Assembly (NCBI GenBank): GCA_963676565.1
Contig: OY781089.1
Location: 1,888,001 to 1,952,000, forward strand
Length of the DNA: 64,000 nt
From: Halarcobacter sp.
GTDB taxonomy: Bacteria; Campylobacterota; Campylobacteria; Campylobacterales; Arcobacteraceae
Direction: 5' to 3'
The notes beneath the pieces were generated by a model, which was given only the letters and a program-made list of their open reading frames with translations, was not told where the DNA came from and ran no database searches. Positions 36,601-42,845 of this stretch are shown here, in pieces (within the stretch, counting starts at the first letter, position 1; the number at the start of each line of letters is the position of its first letter). Made by a program: the position numbers and the translations under genes.

Positions 36601-37027
36601 ATCAACAATAGATTCAAATGCCATTGGTGATGATTCATTAATTACATTTAATGAACTAGAAAGTTTAAATCAAACAGAAATAGACTTTGACAATCTTGAA
36701 CTTGATTTTGATAATTTAAATGAGATTACAGATAGTGATGATACTACAGTTTACGAAAAAGATGAGTCTTTAGAAGATAAAGAAATCGCTATGGAAGATA
36801 TGCTTACAAGTGAAGACTCTGATTCTTCTTTATCAACTTTACTAGGTGAAACAGAAGAGGATAGAAATATCACTTCGCTAGATGAACTTAAAACCGAAGA
36901 AACAACTACTCAAGATGATGGAAATGATGAATATTGCCCATTTAAAGCTTTAGAAGAAAGTTCTGGAAATCTTATTTCAAATATTGAAGCTGATGACACA
37001 ACAGATATAGATGATCATAATTCATAA
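21671..37027 (+). CDS. Giant T1SS-secreted RTX adhesin (LapA/Bap-like), 5118 aa
   Basis: Retention-module-like N-terminus, VCBS/Ig-like repeats (TVTGTNDA), 34 cadherin-like 105-aa repeats, Ig-like domains, vWA with MIDAS (DTSGS..T..D) and RTX nonapeptides (INAGDGDDI, IDGGEGNDK). Adjacent to the T1SS genes. Confidence 0.92.
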   Translation: MAIARITDIRGLVSLENGSSEEILKNKDVISEHGGLLTITEFANIVFDDGREVEVTGPVTFNLDSSFFNEITFEDSITQISDFASLDYINNELDENIVEPQTEDSTLEQNNAAINIQTEQIDTQLNNQNTELVEENDSEFTQTQTTIEFEDNNEEEPVLDNETNEVPIANSEVNELNEDTIINGQIDFFDPDGTATVSVDGDIPTGLTLNPDGTYEFDASSYDSLTEGERQVIEVPLTVTDNNGATTNTTLTITVTGTNDAATVSSATANLIETDTALTTSGTLTSTDVDNADNTFIANTIVGANGTFTIDENGNWDFTANSAFNELNTGSTLSETFTVSSIDGTESTVTVNIAGTNDAMTGFEMNEVNNFTEDSTSAGDTVTTVKTAPSDEDGGDITYSISDTTNYAINETTGEVTLTEAGANLVNSGQELPAFNVTATSAGVDGSSQTVQNLDPAVTTVNDAMTGFEMNEVNNFTEDSTSAGDTVTTVKTAPSDEDGGDITYSISDTTNYAINETTGEVTLTEAGANLVNSGQELPAFNVTATSAGVDGSSQTVQNLDPAVTTVNDAMTGFEMNEVNNFTEDSTSAGDTVTTVKTAPSDEDGGDITYSISDTTNYAINETTGEVTLTEAGANLVNSGQELPAFNVTATSAGVDGSSQTVQNLDPAVTTVNDAMTGFEMNEVNNFTEDSTSAGDTVTTVKTAPSDEDGGDITYSISDTTNYAINETTGEVTLTEAGANLVNSGQELPAFNVTATSAGVDGSSQTVQNLDPAVTTVNDAMTGFEMNEVNNFTEDSTSAGDTVTTVKTAPSDEDGGDITYSISDTTNYAINETTGEVTLTEAGANLVNSGQELPAFNVTATSAGVDGSSQTVQNLDPAVTTVNDAMTGFEMNEVNNFTEDSTSAGDTVTTVKTAPSDEDGGDITYSISDTTNYAINETTGEVTLTEAGANLVNSGQELPAFNVTATSAGVDGSSQTVQNLDPAVTTVNDAMTGFEMNEVNNFTEDSTSAGDTVTTVKTAPSDEDGGDITYSISDTTNYAINETTGEVTLTEAGANLVNSGQELPAFNVTATSAGVDGSSQTVQNLDPAVTTVNDAMTGFEMNEVNNFTEDSTSAGDTVTTVKTAPSDEDGGDITYSISDTTNYAINETTGEVTLTEAGANLVNSGQELPAFNVTATSAGVDGSSQTVQNLDPAVTTVNDAMTGFEMNEVNNFTEDSTSAGDTVTTVKTAPSDEDGGDITYSISDTTNYAINETTGEVTLTEAGANLVNSGQELPAFNVTATSAGVDGSSQTVQNLDPAVTTVNDAMTGFEMNEVNNFTEDSTSAGDTVTTVKTAPSDEDGGDITYSISDTTNYAINETTGEVTLTEAGANLVNSGQELPAFNVTATSAGVDGSSQTVQNLDPAVTTVNDAMTGFEMNEVNNFTEDSTSAGDTVTTVKTAPSDEDGGDITYSISDTTNYAINETTGEVTLTEAGANLVNSGQELPAFNVTATSAGVDGSSQTVQNLDPAVTTVNDAMTGFEMNEVNNFTEDSTSAGDTVTTVKTAPSDEDGGDITYSISDTTNYAINETTGEVTLTEAGANLVNSGQELPAFNVTATSAGVDGSSQTVQNLDPAVTTVNDAMTGFEMNEVNNFTEDSTSAGDTVTTVKTAPSDEDGGDITYSISDTTNYAINETTGEVTLTEAGANLVNSGQELPAFNVTATSAGVDGSSQTVQNLDPAVTTVNDAMTGFEMNEVNNFTEDSTSAGDTVTTVKTAPSDEDGGDITYSISDTTNYAINETTGEVTLTEAGANLVNSGQELPAFNVTATSAGVDGSSQTVQNLDPAVTTVNDAMTGFEMNEVNNFTEDSTSAGDTVTTVKTAPSDEDGGDITYSISDTTNYAINETTGEVTLTEAGANLVNSGQELPAFNVTATSAGVDGSSQTVQNLDPAVTTVNDAMTGFEMNEVNNFTEDSTSAGDTVTTVKTAPSDEDGGDITYSISDTTNYAINETTGEVTLTEAGANLVNSGQELPAFNVTATSAGVDGSSQTVQNLDPAVTTVNDAMTGFEMNEVNNFTEDSTSAGDTVTTVKTAPSDEDGGDITYSISDTTNYAINETTGEVTLTEAGANLVNSGQELPAFNVTATSAGVDGSSQTVQNLDPAVTTVNDAMTGFEMNEVNNFTEDSTSAGDTVTTVKTAPSDEDGGDITYSISDTTNYAINETTGEVTLTEAGANLVNSGQELPAFNVTATSAGVDGSSQTVQNLDPAVTTVNDAMTGFEMNEVNNFTEDSTSAGDTVTTVKTAPSDEDGGDITYSISDTTNYAINETTGEVTLTEAGANLVNSGQELPAFNVTATSAGVDGSSQTVQNLDPAVTTVNDAMTGFEMNEVNNFTEDSTSAGDTVTTVKTAPSDEDGGDITYSISDTTNYAINETTGEVTLTEAGANLVNSGQELPAFNVTATSAGVDGSSQTVQNLDPAVTTVNDAMTGFEMNEVNNFTEDSTSAGDTVTTVKTAPSDEDGGDITYSISDTTNYAINETTGEVTLTEAGANLVNSGQELPAFNVTATSAGVDGSSQTVQNLDPAVTTVNDAMTGFEMNEVNNFTEDSTSAGDTVTTVKTAPSDEDGGDITYSISDTTNYAINETTGEVTLTEAGANLVNSGQELPAFNVTATSAGVDGSSQTVQNLDPAVTTVNDAMTGFEMNEVNNFTEDSTSAGDTVTTVKTAPSDEDGGDITYSISDTTNYAINETTGEVTLTEAGANLVNSGQELPAFNVTATSAGVDGSSQTVQNLDPAVTTVNDAMTGFEMNEVNNFTEDSTSAGDTVTTVKTAPSDEDGGDITYSISDTTNYAINETTGEVTLTEAGANLVNSGQELPAFNVTATSAGVDGSSQTVQNLDPAVTTVNDAMTGFEMNEVNNFTEDSTSAGDTVTTVKTAPSDEDGGDITYSISDTTNYAINETTGEVTLTEAGANLVNSGQELPAFNVTATSAGVDGSSQTVQNLDPAVTTVNDAMTGFEMNEVNNFTEDSTSAGDTVTTVKTAPSDEDGGDITYSISDTTNYAINETTGEVTLTEAGANLVNSGQELPAFNVTATSAGVDGSSQTVQNLDPAVTTVNDAMTGFEMNEVNNFTEDSTSAGDTVTTVKTAPSDEDGGDITYSISDTTNYAINETTGEVTLTEAGANLVNSGQELPAFNVTATSAGVDGSSQTVQNLDPAVTTVNDAMTGFEMNEVNNFTEDSTSAGDTVTTVKTAPSDEDGGDITYSISDTTNYAINETTGEVTLTEAGANLVNSGQELPAFNVTATSAGVDGSSQTVQNLDPAVTTVNDAMTGFEMNEVNNFTEDSTSAGDTVTTVKTAPSDEDGGDITYSISDTTNYAINETTGEVTLTEAGANLVNSGQELPAFNVTATSAGVDGSSQTVQNLDPAVTTVNDAMTGFEMNEVNNFTEDSTSAGDTVTTVKTAPSDEDGGDITYSISDTTNYAINETTGEVTLTEAGANLVNSGQELPAFNVTATSAGVDGSSQTVQNLDPAVTTVNDAMTGFEMNEVNNFTEDSTSAGDTVTTVKTAPSDEDGGDITYSISDTTNYAINETTGEVTLTEAGANLVNSGQELPAFNVTATSAGVDGSSQTVQNLDPAVTTVNDAMTGFEMNEVNNFTEDSTSAGDTVTTVKTAPSDEDGGDITYSISDTTNYAINETTGEVTLTEAGANLVNSGQELPAFNVTATSAGVDGSSQTVQNLDPAVTTVNDAMTGFEMNEVNNFTEDSTSAGDTVTTVKTAPSDEDGGDITYSISDTTNYAINETTGEVTLTEAGANLVNSGQELPAFNVTATSAGVDGSSQTVQNLDPAVTTVNDAMTGFEMNEVNNFTEDSTSAGDTVTTVKTAPSDEDGGDITYSISDTTNYAINETTGEVTLTEAGANLVNSGQELPAFNVTATSAGVDGSSQTVQNLDPAVTTVNDETVVVEDNVTTSEDIAINIDVLVNDTDEEGNISPVVSVTQGSNGTVTINEDGTVKYTPNEDFNGTDSFTYTNEEGNTETVNVIVDPTNDNPIAVDDGNISSVTYTVNVDNVLNTDAFTVKAYNSEGVEGELALRKDSSPEGFGVAGDDVSNGASSEIGGEEYIAIEFKDDIQSVDVSFAWMASSENAEIGFYKDGVLIDTQYKMGGTDRVDGPYNYETSDGQAFDEIRFAGYGTNSDFLLHEITVNTVDSTFETNEDTAITIDVLDNDTDVEGDELSIIQIQGQDVSTGQTVNISENGEVIGTAKVVNGQIEFTPGENLQNLSDGENQNVTFDYTVSDGSLTDTANVTVNVTGITDNFVPTSEDESQSIKFESLNEIDTTSTNLIITLDTSGSMSMEDYGGVVTLDDGSTTTRFEIAKNSLIDTIEAYKEQGSIDVNLTLFGSSGANIGWMSSDEAITYLESLSMDQNGDLLKDGNDYNVSGNGTDYYEAITATDNIDFSGHPADKNVGIFISDGDPTENWWMVNSEYDSAIQNWKSFIDNNNIDLSVYGIGENVSSSYLDIIQVTDGKVASIITNEADMSDTLVAEAISKSVSGNILDNVSGGDGDISIVKITIDGVDYTASDMPITTPDGATLNVDFSSGNYTYSAKANLFTEDTTETFIVTASDEDGDETNFNVHINIDAADSQNYIQSDYDYWADNENIDGTVNSDYINIGTGNNKTINAGDGDDIIDTPIQVGNNLGTGHIIDGGEGNDKLIIDDVLDSGSYKYEITANGDGTFDIEKIGYNDYSQWSLNHYAVTVDSIEAIEFTDKTFVLNDSGDAFVESTDSSADDLLVATLVDGIVEGAYYETSSGVTGYTDENGNFNFREGDSVTFSVGGVVLGTATAEDIASGQTFLQDIADVDRTDLNDEYLENMAVFLQSIDTADSGDDIVITQAMRDALADVTIDLTTATEEEIKSLIESIGGNYVGEDAAMVHVQEMLQEYAGIDESEFDERISDDTLTATLGKEPQAGIEFTTSSGVSGTTNDDGSFFYNEGDEITFTKDGEVLSTIDSNAIGDDSLITFNELESLNQTEIDFDNLELDFDNLNEITDSDDTTVYEKDESLEDKEIAMEDMLTSEDSDSSLSTLLGETEEDRNITSLDELKTEETTTQDDGNDEYCPFKALEESSGNLISNIEADDTTDIDDHNS
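22739..33448 (+). repeat. Tandem array of 34 x 315-bp units
   Basis: The unit AATGATGCTATGACTGG(C/A)TTTGAG...GTTACAACAGTA recurs every 315 nt from 22739; (33451-22741)/315 = 34. The only variation seen is one synonymous C/A site. Confidence 0.95.
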
Positions 37028-37028
37028 A

Positions 37029-37056
37029 AAGAAACCCTAAAAGAATAGGGTTTCTT
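37029..37056 (+). terminator. Intrinsic terminator after the adhesin gene
   Basis: AAGAAACCCTA-AAAGAA-TAGGGTTTCTT stem. Confidence 0.7.
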
Positions 37057-37100
37057 AAGAAAAAATGAATAAATATTTATATATACTTTCATTTCTTTAT

Positions 37101-37176
37101 GACCCTGTCGTCTAGTGGCCAAGGACATTTGGATTTCCTCCAAAGAACGTAGGTTCAAATCCTACTGGGGTCGCCA
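37101..37176 (+). tRNA. tRNA-Glu(UUC) with atypical anticodon loop
   Basis: Acceptor GACCCTG/TGGGGTC, D-arm GTCT..AGGAC, anticodon stem TTTGG/CCAAA with loop ATTTCCT (anticodon TTC), 4-nt variable loop, T-arm GTAGG-TTCAAAT-CCTAC, discriminator G and encoded CCA. Confidence 0.88.
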
Positions 37177-37357
37177 TTCTTTTTTTATACTCTTAGATTT
37201 GTATTTATCTTTAAATTAGCTTCTCAAATTTTCATATATTTTCAATTAATTTTTTTTTAGAATTTAAAATCTGATATTAGAAAACAAGTAAATAAATCCT
37301 ATAATTTTTAATAATATTAATTATATAATTAAAGCAAATTAAATAAATAGGGCTGTT

Positions 37358-38569
37358 TTGAAATTATTACACACTTCCGATTGGCATCTTGGTCAGAATT
37401 TTATGGGTAAAAGTAGGGTGGAGGAGCATGAAGCTTTTTTATCTTGGCTTTTAGAAACAATAAAAGAAAATAATATAGACGTATTACTTGTATCAGGAGA
37501 TATCTTTGATACAGGAACACCACCAAACTATGCACTTGAACTTTACTACAACTTTTTAAAACAATTATCACAAGTGAATAGTTTAAATACCACAATTATA
37601 ACAGCTGGAAATCACGACTCTGTATCAACACTAAAAGCACCAAAGCAACTACTTGAAGCACTAAATGTACATGTAGTAGTAAATGGTGATGAAGATGAAA
37701 ACATAATCATCCCTATAAAAGAGCCTCTTATAGAAAATGCTACTACTAAAGCAATAATTTGTGCAGTGCCATTTTTAAGAGATAGCGTCATAAGACAATC
37801 ACTTGGTGGGGAAACAGTAAGTGATAAAGAAAAACTTGCAAACAATGGTATCAAAGCTTACTATAAAAAAGCCTACAACAAAGCAAAAGAATTAGACTCA
37901 AATACACCTATCATAGCTATGGGACACTTGACTACAGTTGGTAGTAGAAGTAGTGAGAGTGAAAGAGATATTTATATAGGTGGAACACTTGATATTGGTG
38001 GGGATTATTTAGCTAGTATGTTTGACTATGTAGCTTTGGGACACTTGCATATCAATCAAACAGTTGGCTCTGTAAAAGGTACACATGTAAGATACTCAGG
38101 CTCTCCAATACCTCTTAGTTTTTCTGAATCTAAAAACACTCAAAAAGTAAATCTAGTAACTATAGAAGAAGATGTAAAAATAGAAGAATTAGAAATCCCT
38201 TTAAAAAGAAAGCTTCAAGTTATCAAAGGTGATTTAGAGACTATCAAAAAAGAGCTAAAAGCTATCGAAGATAAAACAACATGGATAGAAGTTCATATAA
38301 AAGATGACAACCCAATGTTTGCAAATACAGAAATAAGAGAACTAGCCACAAAAATAGAGCTAACAATCCTAGCAGTTAAAATAGAAAAAAGTGAAAAGCA
38401 ATTAAGAGCAAAAGAGTTAAAAGCTATAAGCCTAGATGAACTAAGTGTTCAAGAGGTTTTTGAGAAAAGATTAGAGTTAGAAGAGATAGAAAACAAAGAG
38501 TTTAAAGAGCAGTTATCTCAAACTTTTAATGAAGTGGTCTCAAATCTTCATCAAGAGGAACAAATCTAA
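37358..38569 (+). CDS. sbcD: Exonuclease SbcCD subunit D (Mre11-like)
   Basis: HTSDWHLG, GDIFD, GNHD, ALGHLH and RYSGSP motifs. Confidence 0.93.
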   Translation: MKLLHTSDWHLGQNFMGKSRVEEHEAFLSWLLETIKENNIDVLLVSGDIFDTGTPPNYALELYYNFLKQLSQVNSLNTTIITAGNHDSVSTLKAPKQLLEALNVHVVVNGDEDENIIIPIKEPLIENATTKAIICAVPFLRDSVIRQSLGGETVSDKEKLANNGIKAYYKKAYNKAKELDSNTPIIAMGHLTTVGSRSSESERDIYIGGTLDIGGDYLASMFDYVALGHLHINQTVGSVKGTHVRYSGSPIPLSFSESKNTQKVNLVTIEEDVKIEELEIPLKRKLQVIKGDLETIKKELKAIEDKTTWIEVHIKDDNPMFANTEIRELATKIELTILAVKIEKSEKQLRAKELKAISLDELSVQEVFEKRLELEEIENKEFKEQLSQTFNEVVSNLHQEEQI

Positions 38570-41500
38570 TGAAGATATTAAAAGTAAGACTACAAAATAT
38601 AAACTCCCTAAAAGGTGAGTTTGAAATAGATTTTCAAGAGTTTTTAAAAGATGAATCTCTTTTTGCCATAACAGGACCAACAGGAGCAGGGAAAAGTACA
38701 ATTCTTGATGTAATCACTTGTGCTTTATATGGAAGAACAGCAAGATTAACAAACCCAAATGACCTGATGAGTAGACACACAGGTGAGTGTTTATGTGAAG
38801 TGGAGTTTGAGATAAAAGGCAAAATATATAGAAGTTCTTGGGCTCAAAAAAGAGCCAGAAAAAATCCAAATGGAAACTTCCAATCTGCAAAGATGGAAAT
38901 AGTAGAACTTGACTCTAACAAAATACTAGAATCATACCTTTCAAAAGTACCAAAGGTAGTAGAGGAAATCTCAGGACTTGATTTTGATAGATTTGTTCAA
39001 TCTATGATGTTAGCCCAAGGAAGTTTTGATGCCTTTTTAAAAGCCAAAGAAAACGAGCGTTCAAACCTATTAGAAAAAATCACAGGAACATATATCTACA
39101 AACAGATCTCACAAAGTATCTATGAAACATACTCACACAAGAAAAAAGAGATAGAAGCCGATGAGATTGCACTAGGAAGTATAGAACTACTAGAGCCAAA
39201 CATAGTGGAAGAAAAAACAAAACAACTAGAAACAAACAAAAAAGAAAAACAAGAATTAGATAAAAAAGAGAGCGAACTTAAAAAACTATCAAACTACTTA
39301 GAAACCCTAACTAAACTAGAACTAGATAGCCAAAAATACAACCAAGAGTTTGAGCAAATAAGCAAAAAAAAAGAAGACAATAAAGAGCAGTTTATAAAAC
39401 TAGAACTAGCAAATAAAGCCATAAGAATACAAGCCCTAAACCAAGAGAAAAACCAACTAACAAACACAATCACAAATGATAAACAGAGCTTAGAATCTTT
39501 GCAAAAAGAAGACAAAGAGTTAAAAGAACAAATCCAAACAAAAGAACAAGAGTTTAAACTTGCTAAACAAAGCCTTGAAAAAGAGCAAACAACATACAAT
39601 GAAAACTATAAAAAACTAAAAGAGTTAAGAACTATAAAAACACAAAGTGATGGTAAAAACCAGCTTTTCATAGAAAAAAGCAAAAAAATCTCACAACACC
39701 TACAAGAGTTGGCAAACCATTTTGAGATAGCTTTTGAAACACTTTTAAATGATGAATCACAAATAGACAATCTATACAAAAACTTCTCATCAAATCTAGA
39801 CACAAAAAAAGAGCAGTTAGAAACTTTAGTAGAACAATACAAAGCACTAGAAACCAAAACAAAAGATATAAACCAAAAAGAGCAAAACACAAGAGCCAAA
39901 CTAAAAGAGATAGAAGCCCTTCTAAAAGCCCTAAGTGATTATGAAACACTACAAGAGCAAATCACACAAGAGCAAAACAAGATAAAAGAGTACAACTCTC
40001 AAATAGAATCACAAACAAAACTAAACCAAGAAAAAACAAAACTAATAAACCAAATAAACGAAACTCTAACTTCACTAAAACAAACAAGAGAAAAAGAGCT
40101 TCTTATCAAAAACTACGAGCAAGATAGAGCCAAACTAAAAGATGGGCAAGAGTGTTTTTTATGTGGCTCAAAAGAGCATCCATATATAAACCACTCTTTA
40201 AATATTGACTTAGACAAAACAACAGCTAAAATAAAAGAGCAAGAAAACTACCTACAAGAGCAAAACAGTGAACTAAACAAAGCTCAAATAAACCTAGCAA
40301 AACTTAGCTCAAAACTTGAAAGCTCAAACCTAGAAATACAAAAGCAACAAAGTACAAAAGAGCAAATGGAAGAGTTCTTTAAAACAAATGATTTCAAAGT
40401 ACGAGAAGACTCAAAAGCCACACTACAAGAGCAAATGCAATTTTGCGAAAACGAGTTAAAAGAGTATGTAACTTTAAGAGAACAAAAAGAGTCTTTACAA
40501 GCAAAAAAAGAGTCTCTACAAGCATCTTTAAATAAAAAGTTGCAAAAACAACAGCAGATAAACACAAGCATAAACACTATAAAAGAGTTAAAAGAGGAAC
40601 AATCAAAAATAAAACAAGAGATAACAAAGCTTCAAACCCAAAGCAAAAATATCTTAGATATAGAAGATTTAGACCTTTTTGAGAAAACTATCCAAGATAG
40701 TTTAGATACTGTTTCAAAACAATATAACAGTTTGCAAAACCATCTTTCAAGCTTAAAATCAAAAGATGAATCCCTATCAAAACAGATAATTCAACTAAAC
40801 AAAAAACAAGAAGATGACAAACAAAACCTAGAACTCATAAAAGAGAAGTTTGAAAAAGCTTTAGTAGAGTATGGCTTCAACTCACAAGAGGAATTTGAAA
40901 AAGCAAATTTACCAAAAGAAGAGTTTGAAACCCTAACAAACCTATGCAAAACCATAGAAGAGAAATACACACAAATACAAACTCTAAAAATAGACACAAA
41001 CAAAAAACTAAAGGAACACAAACTCTTAGAAAAAGAGATAAACCCTACAAATCAAAATAAAGATGATATAAACAAAGAGTTACAAAACCTACAAATCACA
41101 ATAGACCAACTACAAGAAACCATAGGAAGTATCTCAAAAGAGTTAGAGATAAATACTCAAAATATAAAAAAATCAGAAGATAAAATCAAACAACTAGAAA
41201 AGAAAAAACAAGCCTTCCAAGTATGGGTTAAACTAAACGATATGATAGGCTCAAGCCAAGGGGACAAGTTCGCAAAATTTGCCCAAGGTATAACCCTAGA
41301 CCAACTAATCTACCTAGCAAACAAACACCTAGAGATACTAAGCCCAAGATATGAACTGCAAAGAAATACAGAATCAAACAAACTCTTAGATATAGAAATA
41401 ATCGACGGCTTCCAAGGTGACGCAGTAAGAGGTGTAAACACACTCTCAGGAGGTGAGGGCTTCATAGTAAGTCTATCTTTAGCCTTAGGATTATCAAGTC

Positions 41501-41724
41501 TAGCAAGCCAAAAGATAAGTATAGACTCACTTTTCTTAGATGAAGGGTTTGGAACACTAGATAGTGATAGTCTAGAACTAGCACTAAATGCACTAAATCA
41601 ATTACAAAGTTCAGGAAAGATGGTAGGTGTGATTTCCCATGTGGAAGCACTAAAAGAGCGAATTCCATTGCAGATAAAGGTTGAGCCTAAGGGTGATGGG
41701 ACGAGTGTGTTAGGTTTTAACTGA
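38569..41724 (+). CDS. sbcC: Exonuclease SbcCD subunit C (Rad50-like ATPase)
   Basis: Walker A GPTGAGKS, LAQGSF Q-loop, CFLC Zn hook within a long coiled coil, LSGGE, FLDEGFG and ISH. Confidence 0.93.
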   Translation: MKILKVRLQNINSLKGEFEIDFQEFLKDESLFAITGPTGAGKSTILDVITCALYGRTARLTNPNDLMSRHTGECLCEVEFEIKGKIYRSSWAQKRARKNPNGNFQSAKMEIVELDSNKILESYLSKVPKVVEEISGLDFDRFVQSMMLAQGSFDAFLKAKENERSNLLEKITGTYIYKQISQSIYETYSHKKKEIEADEIALGSIELLEPNIVEEKTKQLETNKKEKQELDKKESELKKLSNYLETLTKLELDSQKYNQEFEQISKKKEDNKEQFIKLELANKAIRIQALNQEKNQLTNTITNDKQSLESLQKEDKELKEQIQTKEQEFKLAKQSLEKEQTTYNENYKKLKELRTIKTQSDGKNQLFIEKSKKISQHLQELANHFEIAFETLLNDESQIDNLYKNFSSNLDTKKEQLETLVEQYKALETKTKDINQKEQNTRAKLKEIEALLKALSDYETLQEQITQEQNKIKEYNSQIESQTKLNQEKTKLINQINETLTSLKQTREKELLIKNYEQDRAKLKDGQECFLCGSKEHPYINHSLNIDLDKTTAKIKEQENYLQEQNSELNKAQINLAKLSSKLESSNLEIQKQQSTKEQMEEFFKTNDFKVREDSKATLQEQMQFCENELKEYVTLREQKESLQAKKESLQASLNKKLQKQQQINTSINTIKELKEEQSKIKQEITKLQTQSKNILDIEDLDLFEKTIQDSLDTVSKQYNSLQNHLSSLKSKDESLSKQIIQLNKKQEDDKQNLELIKEKFEKALVEYGFNSQEEFEKANLPKEEFETLTNLCKTIEEKYTQIQTLKIDTNKKLKEHKLLEKEINPTNQNKDDINKELQNLQITIDQLQETIGSISKELEINTQNIKKSEDKIKQLEKKKQAFQVWVKLNDMIGSSQGDKFAKFAQGITLDQLIYLANKHLEILSPRYELQRNTESNKLLDIEIIDGFQGDAVRGVNTLSGGEGFIVSLSLALGLSSLASQKISIDSLFLDEGFGTLDSDSLELALNALNQLQSSGKMVGVISHVEALKERIPLQIKVEPKGDGTSVLGFN

Positions 41725-41737
41725 AAGGAGTTTTAAT

Positions 41738-42844
41738 ATGGATATTAGTGTAAATGCAGGACCAAGAGCTATTAATGGTTTTGCTCTACAGAGGAATACT
41801 GCACTATTTTTATTATTAGATAATTTTATTGATAAATTTAAAGATAAAGAATATTTTATAAGTTTAGAACATCATGATGATTTTTTATTTTGTTTTTTTG
41901 ATTCAAAAAATGATGTTGAGTATATTGAGGCATATCAATCAAAAAAGAAATCTCCTGACGTATGGAAAATAAATGATGAATTACTTGAAATCATTAATAA
42001 GCTTTTAGAAACGGGGAATAAATTACTAGAAGATTCAATTAATAAAAGTATAAACTATAAACATTCTTTATTTTTTTCATCTAATAGTACAATATTTTTG
42101 GAAGAAAAAATAAAAAAAACTAAAACTACTTCTTCTAAATCAATTAATAAATCGATTAATGAAGAAGAAAGTGTTATATCATTTAAAGATTTAGATATAG
42201 AGTTGCAAAATAAAATAAGAAAAAAGCTAAAAGACTTTAGTTTAACAGATGAACAAGAAAAAGAATCAAACAATTTAAATTTTATTTATATTGCTTTTAC
42301 CAGAAAAGACAAAGAACAACAAAATCAATTGCATGGAAAACTTCAAGAGGTATTTAAAGAAGATATTTATGATTACAGAGCAGCTTTAGATGCACTAATG
42401 TATTTATTTAGAGAAATAGAGGCTACATACAATCAAGGACATAAAGCAAAATTACTTGATAAAACTAAAAGAGTTTCTAGTAAAACAATTAATAAAACTA
42501 TGAAAATATTAACTACTAAATCAAAAGCATTTGATTATTGGAGAAGAGAAGCAAAGAATATTTCTAAAGCATTATTAATCAAGCCTTATGAAAAAGAAGA
42601 TTTTGAAGAATATTTTAAATCTTCTTTTGAGTTATTTAAAAGTATTGAAGAAGCAGAGCATAGAAAGATTTTTAAATTTGTAGATGAAAACTATTTAGAT
42701 TGTAAATCTATTATTGAAGAAGATTGTGTCTTAGAATTGCTTGAAAAGTTTAAACAAGATAAAAATACATATTTTGAAGATATACAGTTAAAGGCAGTGA
42801 TATATGCATCATATTTTGAAGCAATAAATAAAAAGGAAAATTAG
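41738..42844 (+). CDS. Cap4/DUF4297-like PD-(D/E)XK nuclease, putative Lamassu effector LmuA
   Basis: N-terminal AGPRAINGFALQ, EHHDDF and AYQSKK match the DUF4297/Cap4 nuclease pattern. Directly upstream of an SMC-like ATPase. Confidence 0.7.
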   Translation: MDISVNAGPRAINGFALQRNTALFLLLDNFIDKFKDKEYFISLEHHDDFLFCFFDSKNDVEYIEAYQSKKKSPDVWKINDELLEIINKLLETGNKLLEDSINKSINYKHSLFFSSNSTIFLEEKIKKTKTTSSKSINKSINEEESVISFKDLDIELQNKIRKKLKDFSLTDEQEKESNNLNFIYIAFTRKDKEQQNQLHGKLQEVFKEDIYDYRAALDALMYLFREIEATYNQGHKAKLLDKTKRVSSKTINKTMKILTTKSKAFDYWRREAKNISKALLIKPYEKEDFEEYFKSSFELFKSIEEAEHRKIFKFVDENYLDCKSIIEEDCVLELLEKFKQDKNTYFEDIQLKAVIYASYFEAINKKEN

Positions 42845-42845
42845 T

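Noticed and set aside
38634..41668. Multiple minus-strand ORFs within sbcC
   Set aside because: Antisense artefacts of the highly A-rich coiled-coil coding strand.
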